Assembly: GCF_009834535.1 (NCBI RefSeq)
Contig: NC_045707.1
Span: forward strand, 62,002,001 to 62,066,000
Source: Camelus ferus
Lineage: Eukaryota
DNA length: 64,000 bases
Direction: 5' to 3'
The notes beneath the pieces were generated by a model. That model saw nothing but the letters and a program-made list of their open reading frames with translations. It did no database searches and had not been told where the DNA came from. Positions 63,491 through 64,000 of the stretch are shown one piece after another. The translations under genes were made by a program, and so were the position numbers. Within the stretch, counting starts at the first letter, position 1, and every line of letters starts with the position of its first letter.

Positions 63491-64000
63491 TTTTTGAGAG
63501 TGTAGACACTTGTGTTAAATACTATTTTCTTTTTCTTGCTGTTGCATGTTGGAGTCCGTAAGGAACAACATTTTCCAAAAAATATCCTTCTCCCTGCCGT
63601 GGCTCTGCTTCAGTTTCATTGTTATGTATCACCTAGACGAAACGCCTTCTTTTCTCCTTTGACAATAAATGCTTGCTCCAAATATTACTTGGTAGGATTT
63701 TTGAATCCTACACATATTATGTAATGTTTGTGAGTAGTTTCATGGATGGTATTGCTCTCAATTTAGGCAGGATTACTGATGCCATTCCTTTGATAGAGGA
63801 AGTTAATTTTTCTTACTGCAATTTATTTACTCTGGAAATATCAGAAAACTCACTAGTCAGAGGTTCCTTAATCTCTTGCCGTTTAAAATGACAATTTATG
63901 TGGTAGGAATGGCAGCACAAGAGAGTGTCATTTATTTCTGCAAGGTTTATGTAATGGACAGAGTGCAGACAGCAGATAAAGCTGAATATTTGTGCCTGGG

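Overview
AT-rich mammalian genomic DNA, most likely camelid (tRNA-derived Vic-1-type SINEs and young L1 3' ends). The only intact protein-coding gene is the intronless retrogene ATXN7L3B (minus strand, 5614-5907, 97 aa). It has a CpG-island promoter (~5880-6350) and a ~3 kb 3' UTR that still holds the decayed remainder of the parental ATXN7L3 CDS and a fossil poly(A) tail. Most of the rest is repeats: L1, L2, MIR, MaLR/ERVL LTRs, hAT-Charlie, Tigger and a piggyBac Looper element. The main unexpected signal is about 30 plus-strand exon-like segments between ~1.25 kb and ~46.3 kb, sitting in the gaps between repeats. They have AG/GT splice sites, long open or nearly open frames, frequently compatible phases and a recurring WWQ(V) motif. 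This suggests a large, dead multi-exon gene (candidate unitary pseudogene of unknown identity) with ATXN7L3B inserted antisense into one of its introns. All calls were made by eye. Repeat subfamily names and boundaries are approximate, and the fossil gene needs comparative confirmation.
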